A stretch of DNA of 63,856 bases, the filler included. It is 6 parts of 6 records of this genome, joined end to end, with 100 filler letters (N's around TTAATTAATTAA, not from the genome) between each part and the next. Parts side by side here need not be neighbours in the genome. Positions count along the whole stretch, not along the records: positions 24,746 to 30,813 come from SRR31147125_32288; positions 30,914 to 46,304 come from SRR31147125_32335; 4 more parts are not named here. One strand, 5' to 3'. Position numbers and translations under genes: made by a program. This document shows positions 29,849-41,500 of this stretch, piece by piece. The notes beneath the pieces are model-generated. The model made no database searches. It worked only from the letters and a program-made list of their open reading frames with translations, and was not told the origin of the DNA. Within the stretch, counting starts at the first letter, position 1. Each line of letters opens with the position of its first letter.

Positions 29849-30313
29849 TTACCTCCTTGCTGTAAAGCGCTGGACGCTTGCGCCTGTCTGTTCGTCATAG
29901 CTTATAAGCTCATAGGCATAACCGGTCTCATCGGCAAGTGTCTGATTTATAGTTTTTGTAGTCTCAATAAACATATTCGCCGGCGTAAGCCCTGATTTTA
30001 CGATGTGCGTAACAGCCGGACACTTTGATATCTTTACTGTAAGCTCGCCGCCGGATTTTTTAAAGTCTATATCATCTGCAGCTTCTTCAATCATAAATAT
30101 GTTCTTTAAGTATTCTTCAAGCGCTGAAAGTCCCTGTGCGTTTATCTTGTCGATAAGCGGTTTGTGAAACACTCTCGTGTATTGCTGAAGATATTCGATG
30201 ACAGAATCATCGCCGAACTGTTCCTGCAGATACGCTATTCCAAGATTCATTATACCGTGAAAATCCTTGTGCAGATATTTGTTATCCGCTGCATGTCTAA
30301 CCATTCGCTCCAT
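29849..30313 (-). CDS. Hypothetical protein, distant paralogue of 29409-29843
   Basis: YLHKDFH...G...V.EYL...GL.AL..Y......EE...V....CPA pattern; start moved to ATG 30313 (AGGAG RBS). Confidence 0.6.
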   Translation of the reverse strand: MERMVRHAADNKYLHKDFHGIMNLGIAYLQEQFGDDSVIEYLQQYTRVFHKPLIDKINAQGLSALEEYLKNIFMIEEAADDIDFKKSGGELTVKISKCPAVTHIVKSGLTPANMFIETTKTINQTLADETGYAYELISYDEQTGASVQRFTARR

Positions 30314-30333
30314 AATTATATTTCTCCTTTGTC

Positions 30334-30813
30334 TTAATCTCTTCCGTTGAGTTCTGCCGCAACCTCGTAAAACCAACGACAGTTTTCTGGTGTCGTATCA
30401 AAAATTACGCTGTATCCGTCCATGTCGTCGTTAGGCACAAACCCGGGTACAGGGAAAGAGCCGTCCGGCGACTGCTGTGTGAAATAATGCCGGAGAATAA
30501 ACCTGCATACTTCATCATATCTTGCTTCGCCCGTCAGCCTGTACAATATAGACAGACCCCACAGCGCCTTGCCGCAGCCTGCGCTGACAAAGCCGGGCTC
30601 TCCGGCGTTTATATACACATCGGCGTACCTTTTCGCACCGTCAAGATAAACAGCCTTGCCTGTCTGTTCATAGAGCTTGGCAAGCGCTGCTATCGGGTAG
30701 CCCGTCATCCAGACCGCCTGACCGGGCGTGCTGCGTTTTACGCCCACGAAGTTTGGATATTTCGGGTTGGGCTGCGTCACATACGTGAAAGGTTTTTCAA
30801 CATTGGTGTAAAA
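30334..30813 (-). CDS. Alpha/alpha-barrel (glycoside hydrolase/prenyltransferase-like) protein, 5'-truncated
   Basis: Repeated LY..TG...Y helical hairpins, QSPDGSF; frame open to the contig end. Confidence 0.55.
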   Translation of the reverse strand, partial: FYTNVEKPFTYVTQPNPKYPNFVGVKRSTPGQAVWMTGYPIAALAKLYEQTGKAVYLDGAKRYADVYINAGEPGFVSAGCGKALWGLSILYRLTGEARYDEVCRFILRHYFTQQSPDGSFPVPGFVPNDDMDGYSVIFDTTPENCRWFYEVAAELNGRD

Positions 30814-30913
30814 NNNNNNNNNNNNNNNNNNNNNNNNNNNNNNNNNNNNNNNNNNNNTTAATTAATTAANNNNNNNNNNNNNNNNNNNNNNNNNNNNNNN
30901 NNNNNNNNNNNNN
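30814..30913. other. Artificial contig spacer
   Basis: 44 N + TTAATTAATTAA + 44 N. Confidence 0.99.
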
Positions 30914-32412
30914 CGTTCGTTCAGACTCCCCCTGATTTTCCCTGGATCGGGGATATCCTCCTCCAGGCGCCTGTCCATCATCACCTGCAGATTGTCGTCG
31001 GGATAGGGACGGCTTCCGATTACCATCTCGAATGCCGTGATACCCATGCAGTAAATATCGGTCCGTTCGTCCACCGGGTACGAGTCGATCTGCTCGGGCG
31101 ACATGTACTGGATGGTGCCCTCCATCTCGAAATTTTCGCTGCCGGTGGGGCAGGCCAGCCCGAAGTCGAGAATCTTGATGGTGTCGTCTTTCTGGATCAG
31201 GATATTATCGGGTTTGATGTCCTGGTGGACGATGCCAAGCTGGTGGGCATGGGCAAGACCGGAACAGATCTGCAGGAGATAGTGGACCGTCAGCTCCTGG
31301 CTCAGTCTGCCAACACGTTTAAGCAATTGTTCCAGCGACTCACCTTCGAGGTACTCCATCACGATGAAGTGGGTCGCATACAGGTCCTCGATATCGTACA
31401 CGTGGACGATATTGGGATGATTGATGTTGGCGATGATCTCGGCTTCCTTGATGAACTTGGAGCTGAATTCCTCATCCATGGCCATCTGGTGTTTCAGCAT
31501 CTTGATCGCGACGGTCTTGTTGAGCGCCCCGTGCACGCCCTGGTAGACGATGGCCCAGGCACCGGCGCCGAGTTTGTGTTTGGCGATGTACTTGCCAACC
31601 TGGCGGTCGGCGGAGGTGGATGAATTCTCCAGTCGTCGGCTGACCAGCTCGGTGAGGAAGATCCGGAGATCCGGGTAGCGGCCCATTGCCTGCCCGAACA
31701 GAACTTTGTCGAGTTCCCAAAGCAGCATGTCCTCGATCGCGATGAAGTTCGCGTTGCGCGGTTCACCGGTGAGCACGGCCATCTCGCCGACCAGGTCCCG
31801 CGGGCCGAGCTGGGCAACGGTGAATTCTTCGTCGTTTTTCTCGACCCGGACCCTGCCGACCCCTTTCTCGATGATATAGAGGCTCGTCGCCTCATCGCCC
31901 TGGCTGATCAGCTTTTCCCCCGCTGCGATTTCGACCGGAACCAGGCAGTTGAGCAATGCCCAGAAGGTTTTGCGCGGCAGATACTGGAGGAGCGGAAGGT
32001 TGATGAAAAAGTCGAGGTTTTCGATGACCCCGATGTGGTAGGACCCGGATTCCGTGGAGTTGACGGTCAGGTCAGTTCCGTATGGGATATCACCTTCCGG
32101 CCGCACCTGCAGTCCGATCTGCCAGACGCCGTCTTCCACTGTGTTGGACCACGCGATTTCGCCCTCATAGACCTCCCACTGATTTTCATCGGGGAGGTAG
32201 CGTTTGATAACCACCGGCGCGTTGGTGTCCAACTCCTCAGGAGACTCGACCATCATGCCGCCTTCAGAGCGGTTGTGGATGCCGATAAAGCGGCACCGCT
32301 GGTCCCCGGGGCCGACCGATTCCTCTGCACCCGGTTTCCAGATGGCGACACCGATTCCCGATTCCTCGTCCTCTACCCGTTCCGATTCCCGCAGTTCTTC
32401 GCCCGTGCTCAT
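30914..32412 (-). CDS. PilZ-like + cyclic-nucleotide-binding + Ser/Thr protein kinase, 3'-truncated
   Basis: RESER and NRSEGG (PilZ motifs); QGD....LYII.KG...VGEMAVLTGEPRNA (cNMP); LGAG...VY, VAIK, HQDIKPDN, DFG, GTIQYMSPEQ (Hanks kinase). Confidence 0.85.
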
Positions 32413-32548
32413 TGAGAAAGTTCTACCTGGTTAGAGTTGATAAGATTTATTTCCACTGGTGCTCAGCCTGGGCAGCAGCGAGGGGACAGCAATCAGGGGC
32501 TGAATTTTTCGCGAATCCCAGCGAAAATCATTCTGTCCCCGATCTCTT

Positions 32549-35500
32549 CTACACACCCGCGTCCACATCGTCCACCTGACCGGTGAGCCAGATCAGATCG
32601 CTGTCCGCATCCCCGCCGGCATTCGCCGCATCATCGACCACCAGTGGATCCTCTTCGACGATGTCCATTGCGGTATCGTCTGCGCTGTCGGACAACAGTG
32701 GTTCGACCGTGTCCTCAAATACGGTGTTGTCGGCTCCCGTTTCTCCACCGTCGCCGAACACCGGTTCCTCCCCGGTTGTTTCCGTACCATTGTTCTCTAA
32801 CATGTCCGCTGTGTCAATAGTGTCATCCGGGGTTTCTGCATCCGTGCCTTGAACAGTAATTGAATTCAATCCATCATCTGCCGGATCATCCCCGAACAAC
32901 GGGGCATCTGCGGAAGCATCCGGAGTATCGGAAGTCGCAGTCACCGTTGGATCTGGCTCTATGGTCTCCGTATCGCCGAAGATGGGTTCGTCCACGGACT
33001 CTGTTTCATCAACCGGGCTTTCCACGACATTAATCGGTAGTGTTGCTTCCTGCTCCTCGGTGAGGATCAGTTCGACTTCAGGAGCGATGTTGATCTCGTC
33101 GATGTTGTCGATGGTGATTGTACTGAGGTCAACGGTGCCGCTGCCGGTGATGTTGAGGATGTGAGCTTCTTCCCCCTGTCCCGTGATGGAGGTAAGCGTG
33201 GTGCTGCTTAATTGCTCGGCGCTCATCGTCACGTTGGAGTTGATGATCTCGTGTTCGATACCGTCGTAGAGTGCAAGGTTGCTGAGAGTGGTGGTTCCGT
33301 AAATGATCAGGGTGTCGTCACCGAGACCGCCGAGGATACGTTCACCCGGTGCGGCATGATCCTCGACATTGATGCTGATAACTTCCCCGGCCTCATCGAT
33401 CTCTCCGAGTTTTTCGTAGCTGGCGTCAATTTCGCCCCAGATCACAAATATGTCGTTCCCGGCACCGCCTTCCATTCGGTCCGCGCCGAGACCTCCCTTG
33501 ATGATGTCGTTGCTGTCGCTGCCGGTGATCGTGTCGGCTCCGGCATGACCGAGGATCAACGAGGAGGATGAGGCCGTGAGTACATTGCCTGAGCTCTGCT
33601 CTCCGGGGGCAGCCTGGAGCAGCGTCACTTCGGTGTCGTCATATTCCGCCACATTGATCGTGTCTATCGAGAAGTAGGCTGGATCACTGAAAGAGTTGAC
33701 CCCGTCGGAAACGCTGAACTGCAGATCCAGTCCGGATGCAGGCAGCGCTTCGTTGTCCAATGCGATACCGTCCTGCAGTTTCAGAACATTGCCGTCTATC
33801 TCAAAAATGGTGCTGCCGCCGACGATCTCGTAGGTGAGCTCGTGGTGCCTGAAATTCGGGTCCATCGCGCTGAGTACACCGACTACCGCTCCCGGCTGGT
33901 TTTCAGCCACGTAGGCGCCATAGAGCAGTATGGAACCCGGAGCATCGTTTCCGGTTCCGGCACTGCCGTCCACCTCGAAGCGTTTCGCATACAGGTTGTA
34001 CGCATCGGGAAGGCTGGTGTCATCCGTTTCACTCCACAACGCTATGAATTCGTTCCCTCCCAGTGAAACGATTGAGCTGAGGTCGATATCGCCGTTCTCA
34101 CTCGTATTCAATGCGACGTTGCCGGTGTCGACCAGGGTCCCGTCCGGCGCGAACGCCAGGTAAGCGAGACTGGCATTCATTTCGGGGTAGCTCTTCTGCA
34201 GTTCGATATTGTGACCCGATCCGAGGATCACTTCGTAGTACCCGCCGTCGAGCGAGGTGCCTTGTTCCCCCGGTGTCATCTCGACAATGAACTCCTCTCC
34301 GATCGCGTTGCCGTCGTCGTCATAGAAACGCCCCCGGGTTTCTGTTTCACTTCCTTCGTAGGTGATCAGAAAGGCGTTGGTGTACCCGGTAATGTCGTAT
34401 GGGGCTATCTCCAGCGGCGAATACGAGTTGGTGCTGTAACTGGTCACATGGATATCGCTTCCGGTGATGGTACCGTCCCCGTCGAACATGCGCAGTACGA
34501 GGTCATAGTTGCCGTTGCCGTCCGTTACCTTCAGCGCGGAGATGTATCCTGAAACCGGGTGCTCTGCAACGATACCCGGAGTATAGTGCGTGGCGGAACT
34601 ACCCTCTATCGTGAACTGTGCGTGTGCCGGAGATACGGTTCCGTCAGTAATCGTGTATTCACAGGCAACGAGGGAGAAATCGCTGGTCCAGACCGGAGTG
34701 TCGTCGCCGGTGATTTCCGCGTTGTCCTGGGTCCACGAGACCAGGAAGGTGCTGCCGTCGTCGGATGACGTGATGCTCGGCAGGAAGTTGTGTACGGGAT
34801 AATTATACAGCACCCCTGCCGATGCAATCTGGAATGTGTCCAGAACCTGGTTGTTCCCGCCGAACAGCGTCCCGTAGATATCCGATTCCTGACCGCTGGA
34901 AGTATAATCGACATAGACCACCGCGTAATAACCGTTTGCGAGCGCGACTCCCTGGGGAGTGGAGAAGTTTGAGTATACCCCGCTTTCCACCGTCAGTTCG
35001 GGGCTGCGCGTTTCCACCGGTTGTGATTGTTCGAATACGTTGATCACCGGAATATCAAGTCTCAAGTTCGAGCTGAGTCCATCTTCATTGCCGGTCACAT
35101 CCATCGTGAGGTTGAAAGTGCCCTTATCTTCGTAGTCAAGTGCGACTGCTGGGAGTGTCACCTCCAACTGGTAGTTGCCCGGTGAACCGATGACATTGAA
35201 ATAACCGGTGCCATCCGGATCAAACACGTTTGCTATTGTATGCGTATCCCCACCATCGGGATCGAGCACGTAGAGCGGCAGATAATAGGTTCCGGCACCC
35301 AGGTCTTCCTGCAGGCCGCCGCCGACCACGATGTCGGTCGGGGCGTTGGTTCCCGGTTGGTCGAAATAGAATTGTCTTCCATAAATTCCGTTGAGATCGC
35401 CGTCCTGGCCGTTCGACTGCCAGGCAATATAAATACTCCCATCCGGCAGGGCGGTGGCTTGCTGGCCTTCTTGATTGCTGGACGTGTAGCTGTTCACGAG

Positions 35501-38500
35501 GAAATTGTCGCCGATCTTGTTCCCATCTCCATCGAACAACTGCCCATAGATATCGGAGCCGGACCCGTCGGAGGAACCCCAGGTTATCACGAATTCTCCC
35601 TCCGTCCTGTTTTCAAGAACGGTTATCCGGGAGCCGGCATCCTGGGAGATCTCATCACTGGTGATCGCAAACTCGTCGACGATGGTTCCGCCTGTGTTCG
35701 CATCGATGATCTTTGCATAAATATCGAGGGTATCAGACAGTCGGTCGGTGGACTGCGCCCACGAAACCAGGAGTCTTCCATTCGACAACTCGGCGATGGT
35801 AGGGAACATACCGACGCTGGCGTCGTTGTCGATCCTGAACATGTCGTCAACCGGTGCACCGTGAGCGTCGTAGAGACGTGCCCACACATCCCCGTCGCTC
35901 TGGAACAGATCATCGGATGCCATCCATGCAACTGCAAATCCACCACTGTTGAGGCTGGTAACCGAGGGCACGTATCGCGCCAACTCGGTATCGTCAGTGT
36001 TGACTTTGAACTCGACTCCAAGCGTGTTGCCGTCCGCATCGAACTGTTGTCCGTGAATATCGAATGCGAAGATATTGTCCGGATCCTGGGACTGCCAGAT
36101 TACGACAAATCCTCCGTCATCCAGAGTGGTAACGGATTGTCCTGCCTGGGATCCCGTCGTGTAGGTGTTGATCGGGAATTCGTCCTTGATGATCGTCCCG
36201 TCGAACGCACGGATCTGGCCGATGACATCCTGAGTTGAATCAACATCGGTGTCTGTCAACCAGGTTACCAGGTACGTGTCGTTTGCCAGTGCTGAGATTA
36301 CGGGGTTGGTCTGGTTGTCTCCCGGGGTGGAATTGACCAGAAATTCACCGCCGAAAGTGCTTCCATCAGCGTTGTAGCGCTGGCCGTAGATATTGTCATC
36401 CACCTGTGCCCCATCCTGCTCTGAACCCCAGACAGCGACGTAGGTCCCGCTCGACAATGCTGCAATGGCTGCATGCTGTTGTTCGGCGGTGGCAGTAGTG
36501 TTGATTGATATCTCCGGTTCTGTTGCTAGTGCGACATCCATGTCGTGCAATACATACTCGTAATAGAGGTTTAGCGGCAGGAATGAATTGGTATCCTGGT
36601 TAGATGTGAAAACGGCGAAATTTCCGTTCTTCAGAGCAAGGAGTTCCTGCACGTTCGATGTATTGGTGATGGTGTCGCCATTTCCCCACGCGATCGCGGC
36701 GTCCGGGGATGGCTGCACAGCGTGAGCAACCAGGCCACCCGATTCATCAATGATCAGTGCACGAACCGTATAGGCTGGATTACCGTAACCGTCCTGCTGG
36801 AGGAGTTGGTCGAATGCCACAATAAATCCATCGCCGTAGGGCGCGATTACCGGGTTCTCCATCGATCCATGCAACTCGTCGCTGAATTCCCAGTTTGCCG
36901 TCGTCCCGTCCCAATCGTATTGGGAGAACATAACCTGGTTGTTCCACGGATTGGTGTCGCCCTCAGTCATGTTGTCCCACGCAATGACGAAGCCGCCGTC
37001 GCTGAGGCCGACGACTTGCGGGTTGTGCATTGCCTCAGAATCGAAATACGCGTCACCGGTAACGTCGAGCTCGGTGATCCAGTTGCCGCTGTTGTCGAAG
37101 ATGGCGGCATGAATGCTGGTGTCGGCCCCGGGAGTGGGTTCGGACGTCCAGGTGATGACAAAGTCGCCGTTTTGCAGGGAGGCCACATCGACGTTGTACT
37201 GGTCGCCGGCCAGTGCCTGGTTGGCCGTCTGTTCGCTGACCGCCTCGCTACCGTCTTCGTTGAAGATGCGATAGCGGACATCGGCGTCACCGGTTTCATC
37301 GGATGTCCAGGCGACCACGAATCCGCCGGTGTTGAGTGCTGTGGCGACGGCATGTTCCTGATTGCCACTGGTGGACGAATTGATCGGTACAGCGCCGAAG
37401 AGTTCCGTGCCTCGTGCGTCATAGATCGTTCCGAAGATATCGCTGGTGTCGTCCGAGCGGTAGGTCACCACGAAACCGCCGTTGTCCAGCCCGACCACGG
37501 AGGACTGATCCTGGGTGGCAGAAGATGGTGCGTTCACGACAAACGGCGTATATCCGTCGGCGCCGTAGATCGCGGCGTAGACGTCGACATCGCCTCCACC
37601 ATTGTCGGCACTCCAGCTGACCACGTAGTTGCCGCCGCCGAAGGTCGCCGCGCCATCGATGGCATCGGGTGTCGGCGACAGCTCCGTCAAGTACCGCTGC
37701 TGAACGAGTGTCATTGAGTCCGCAAGGTTGACGGTGATATCCTGTTCGAGGGTGTTGAGGTCATCATCCGTCGCGATGATCGTCAGGTCCAACTCGGACA
37801 GGGTTGCGTTGCTGATGGTGTCGAATGGCGTGTCCAGAATCAGCAGATTGCCTTCGATCCTGAAATTCTGGTGGTTGACCGCATCCTTGATCGTGTAGGT
37901 CAGGTCCTGGTCATCCGCATCCTGGCCGGCAATGATGCCGAGCACCTCGCCAGCGCTGTTGTCGGTCAGCGTTGCCTCGACATACAGGTTGGTTGGGGCG
38001 CCGTCATAAACGCCGTGATTCCCATCGATGCGGAAGTAGTTGGTGTGGAGCGTTTCACCATCCATCCAGGACACGGCGAAGTCCGATCCTGACAGCTCGG
38101 TGAGTGATACTTTGTTCCAATCAGCGCCTGTTGAAAATCCTGGCACCACGGTCTCTTCGATCAGATTGCCGTCAGGTCCCTTGATGGTGAGGCGCAGGTC
38201 GGCGGCGCTCCCATCAAGCCAGTCGAGATCAAGGATGACCGAGTGGCCGCTGTCGAGCGTGATGTAGTCGGTGAGGGTCTGGTCCGCGATGGCACTGCCC
38301 TTGTTGTAGGCGTCGAAGAACGGTCCACCGAGTGGGTTGCCGGAGGAGTCGAAGAGCTGGATCGTACTGCCCAGGCCGTCATTGCCGCCGATCAGGAAGC
38401 TAGCGGCGTCCGCACTGGTCGGGTAGTCGACGATCTCGTTGAGCCTGGTGAGGGCCGAACCGCTCTCGTGGAGCTTCAGCGGGTCACCGTCTGCGAGATA

Positions 38501-41500
38501 GATTCCAGTTCCTATCTGGTAGGAGAAGGTTTGCAGGTAATCGTCGCCGCTGCCGTTCACGGTCCACGCGATGACAAATGAGTCCTCACCGATGCCGTGA
38601 ATCTCCGGGGACTCCTGACCATTTTCGATGGTCTGGTCTATATAGAACACGTCGCTCATGGACGCCCCGTTTGGAGCAAAGGTCTGCCCGAACCAGGTCC
38701 ATGTCCCGCCATTCAGGTCATCCGGTCCTTCCCAGATCGCGACGAATTCGCCGGTGCTGCCCAACGCAGATACCCGCGCATTGTGGAATTCAAAGGGTGC
38801 ATCGTGGAGCAGGACCTTGTCGCTGGTTACCAGGCCGCCACTGTCGTTGTATATCATGCCCCAGAGTTCCGAGGATCCGCGATCATCCGGATACTCGTTC
38901 CACGCGACCAGATAATCACCATTACCGAGCTCCTCCGTCATAAAATAGTCAGACGAGTTGCCCGGCATGAGAGCCGAGCTCAGAGCCGGGGGGCTCAGCG
39001 GGTCTGGGAGGATCTCTTCGACGTCGTTCACGTTGATCCACCACTGCTGGGCGTTGCTGCGACCGGTCTCATCGGTTGCGAAGATCGCTAGTTCGTAGCC
39101 ATTGCGGGACTCATGGTCGAGATCTACAGTTGTCAGCAGCTGGTTGCCGGAGATCTTGAAGTATTGAGCATTTGGGCCGTCGAGCGTGTACGTGACGGTA
39201 TTATCTTTGTCCGGATCGATAGAAAAGATATTCGCTACGAATGCGTCGGGGCCGAGCCCCTCATCCACGTCATAGTCGGAGAATACCACGAGCTCGGGGT
39301 ATTGTTCCCACTGCTGGTCGATGATCAGGCGCTGGGACGAGATTCCGTATCCGTCACTGTCCGAGTCGGCGGTGCTCTGAGACTGCCAGGTGGCGACGAA
39401 TCCGCCCCAGACGGAGTCGAGTGCGATGGAGGACTGGTCGAGATCACTGTGCTCGCTGATCACGATCTCCTCGCCGACAAGTTCGCCGCTCCACATATCC
39501 ACCGCCTGTCCGTGCAGGTCCAGGCTGTCGGTGGATTGATCGTCAAACTCCCATGCAACGAAGAGAGATCCATCGGATTCGACCAGCACCGGGTTGAGGT
39601 TCTCATACCCGTTGTCGGTAGTGGTGTTTACCAGAACTTTGTCACCTCTGGACGTTCCATCCTGGTCGAAAACCTGCAGCGCGATATCTGTAGAATTGGC
39701 TGATACCGTCTGCCACGCAATCGCATAGCCTCCGTCTGAGAGGCCAAGGATCGCCGGGGCTGACTGGTCGCTGATGTCCGAGTCAGTGTTCACCCTGGTG
39801 ATTCCACCAGGGGTATCGCTTTGGTCATACGTCTGGTAGAAAATGTCAAGGTTCCCGTCGTCGGGATCGATGTCATTCCACGCGACAACATATCCCCCAT
39901 CTCCCCATGCCGAGAGGCTGGCTCGTGCATCTGGTACCATCGCTCCAACGATGGCAACAGTGCCCGAATGGACGACGTTACCGGTATTGTCATAGCGTTG
40001 GATCAGGACAGTATCCACATCTGCAATTTCCTCGGTCCAGCCGACGACGAAACCGCCGTCGCTGAGTCCGGAGACCAAGGGCGCCGTATCCGCTTTGGGA
40101 GCTGCCCCTGAAATCGGTACTTCATCGCCGAACGGGTTTGAGTTGCCGTCATATCCCCGGCCAACCAAGGTCGGACTACCGCTGCTCATGTCCGTCCAGA
40201 CTGCAACAAAACCACCACCCGTAAGGGATGCGATTTCCGGGGTCTGCTGTGCGCTTGTGGTTGTGGTGTTGAGTTGGAATTCATCCCCGTTCAGTGAGCC
40301 GTCAAGGTTGAAATGCTGGCCGAAGATATCCGGTGTTCCTGTATGATCGGACTGCCAGACGACGTAGTAGCCGCCCCATTCATTTTCGGTTACAGAAGCA
40401 TTCTCCTGAGCGCCGCTCATGGTTGTGTTGACCTGCGCTTCGCCGCCGACGTGCCAGGTACCGAGGTTTTTCAGGTCGAGGAACAACTGCTCTTCGTAAC
40501 TCAAGCCGTCCCGGTCGGTAACCCGAACTGTGACGTAAAGCGGACTTCCATAGTCGAGTTCATAGTCCATACGGGTTTCGAGGAAAAGCATCTGGTGTAT
40601 GAGGGAGAACTCCTGGCCGCTGTCATCGATGATTTCGAAAGTGAAACTGTCTGCCTGGTCCGTTTTGTCGGTGCCGATTTTGTCCACGTCGAAGGTGCCG
40701 ATTCGGCCGATGAACTGGCTGTCGACGTCCTCCTGGACTTCAGTGTGAGACAGAAACAGGTCGTATGGGGCCTCGTTGTCGGGGCTGTCGATCACGAAGC
40801 GCTGGCCGTAGATTCCCCAGCTGTCATCATCACCGTCGAAGTTGGCCAGGGACTGCCACGCAATCACGAAGCTGCCGTCCGCCAGGGTGGAGACGGTCGG
40901 GTTGATCTGGTCATCCGTAATCGTGGAGTTGACGGTAAACTCGTCTCCGATTTTCGTCCCATCATTCAGGAATACCTGGCCAATGATATCGTGTGGCGCG
41001 TCGGTTCCGGCACTTTCCTGGCTTTTCCAGGTAGCAACGAACCCGCCGTCGAATGCCGAAACCTCGACATTACTTTGGTTCAATGCAGTGGTGGAATTAA
41101 TCAGAAATTCGCCCTGTACCTCGATACCGTCTATATCCAGGATGCGGCCATAAATGCCTGCTCCGTCACCATCCTGGTTCGCACCGGATACCCAGCTAAC
41201 AAGAAAGGTTCCATTCGTAATACCATCCTTGTCCCAGAGACCGGTGACCGAAGGTGAAAGCTGGTCGCCGGTATAAAATTCATTGACGGGGATATCATTA
41301 GTAACGGCACCTTCTGCACTGAAAACACGTGCGTAAATGGCGCCCTCTTCTGTGTCGGGACCCAGCTCGTTGTAGCTTCCCCACGTAACGACGAACCAGG
41401 TGTCGTCCCCGTTTACATGGAGCGGGGCGACATCAGGCCACTCCTGGTAATCTGTTGTTTCCTGATTGACGAGAAATTCGCTGTTGACCTTGTTTCCTGC

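Noticed and set aside
30487..30913. ORF-track coordinates extending into N runs (30487-30861, 30862 end, 56417 end)
   Set aside because: The stops come from the artificial linker; real genes are truncated at the contig edges
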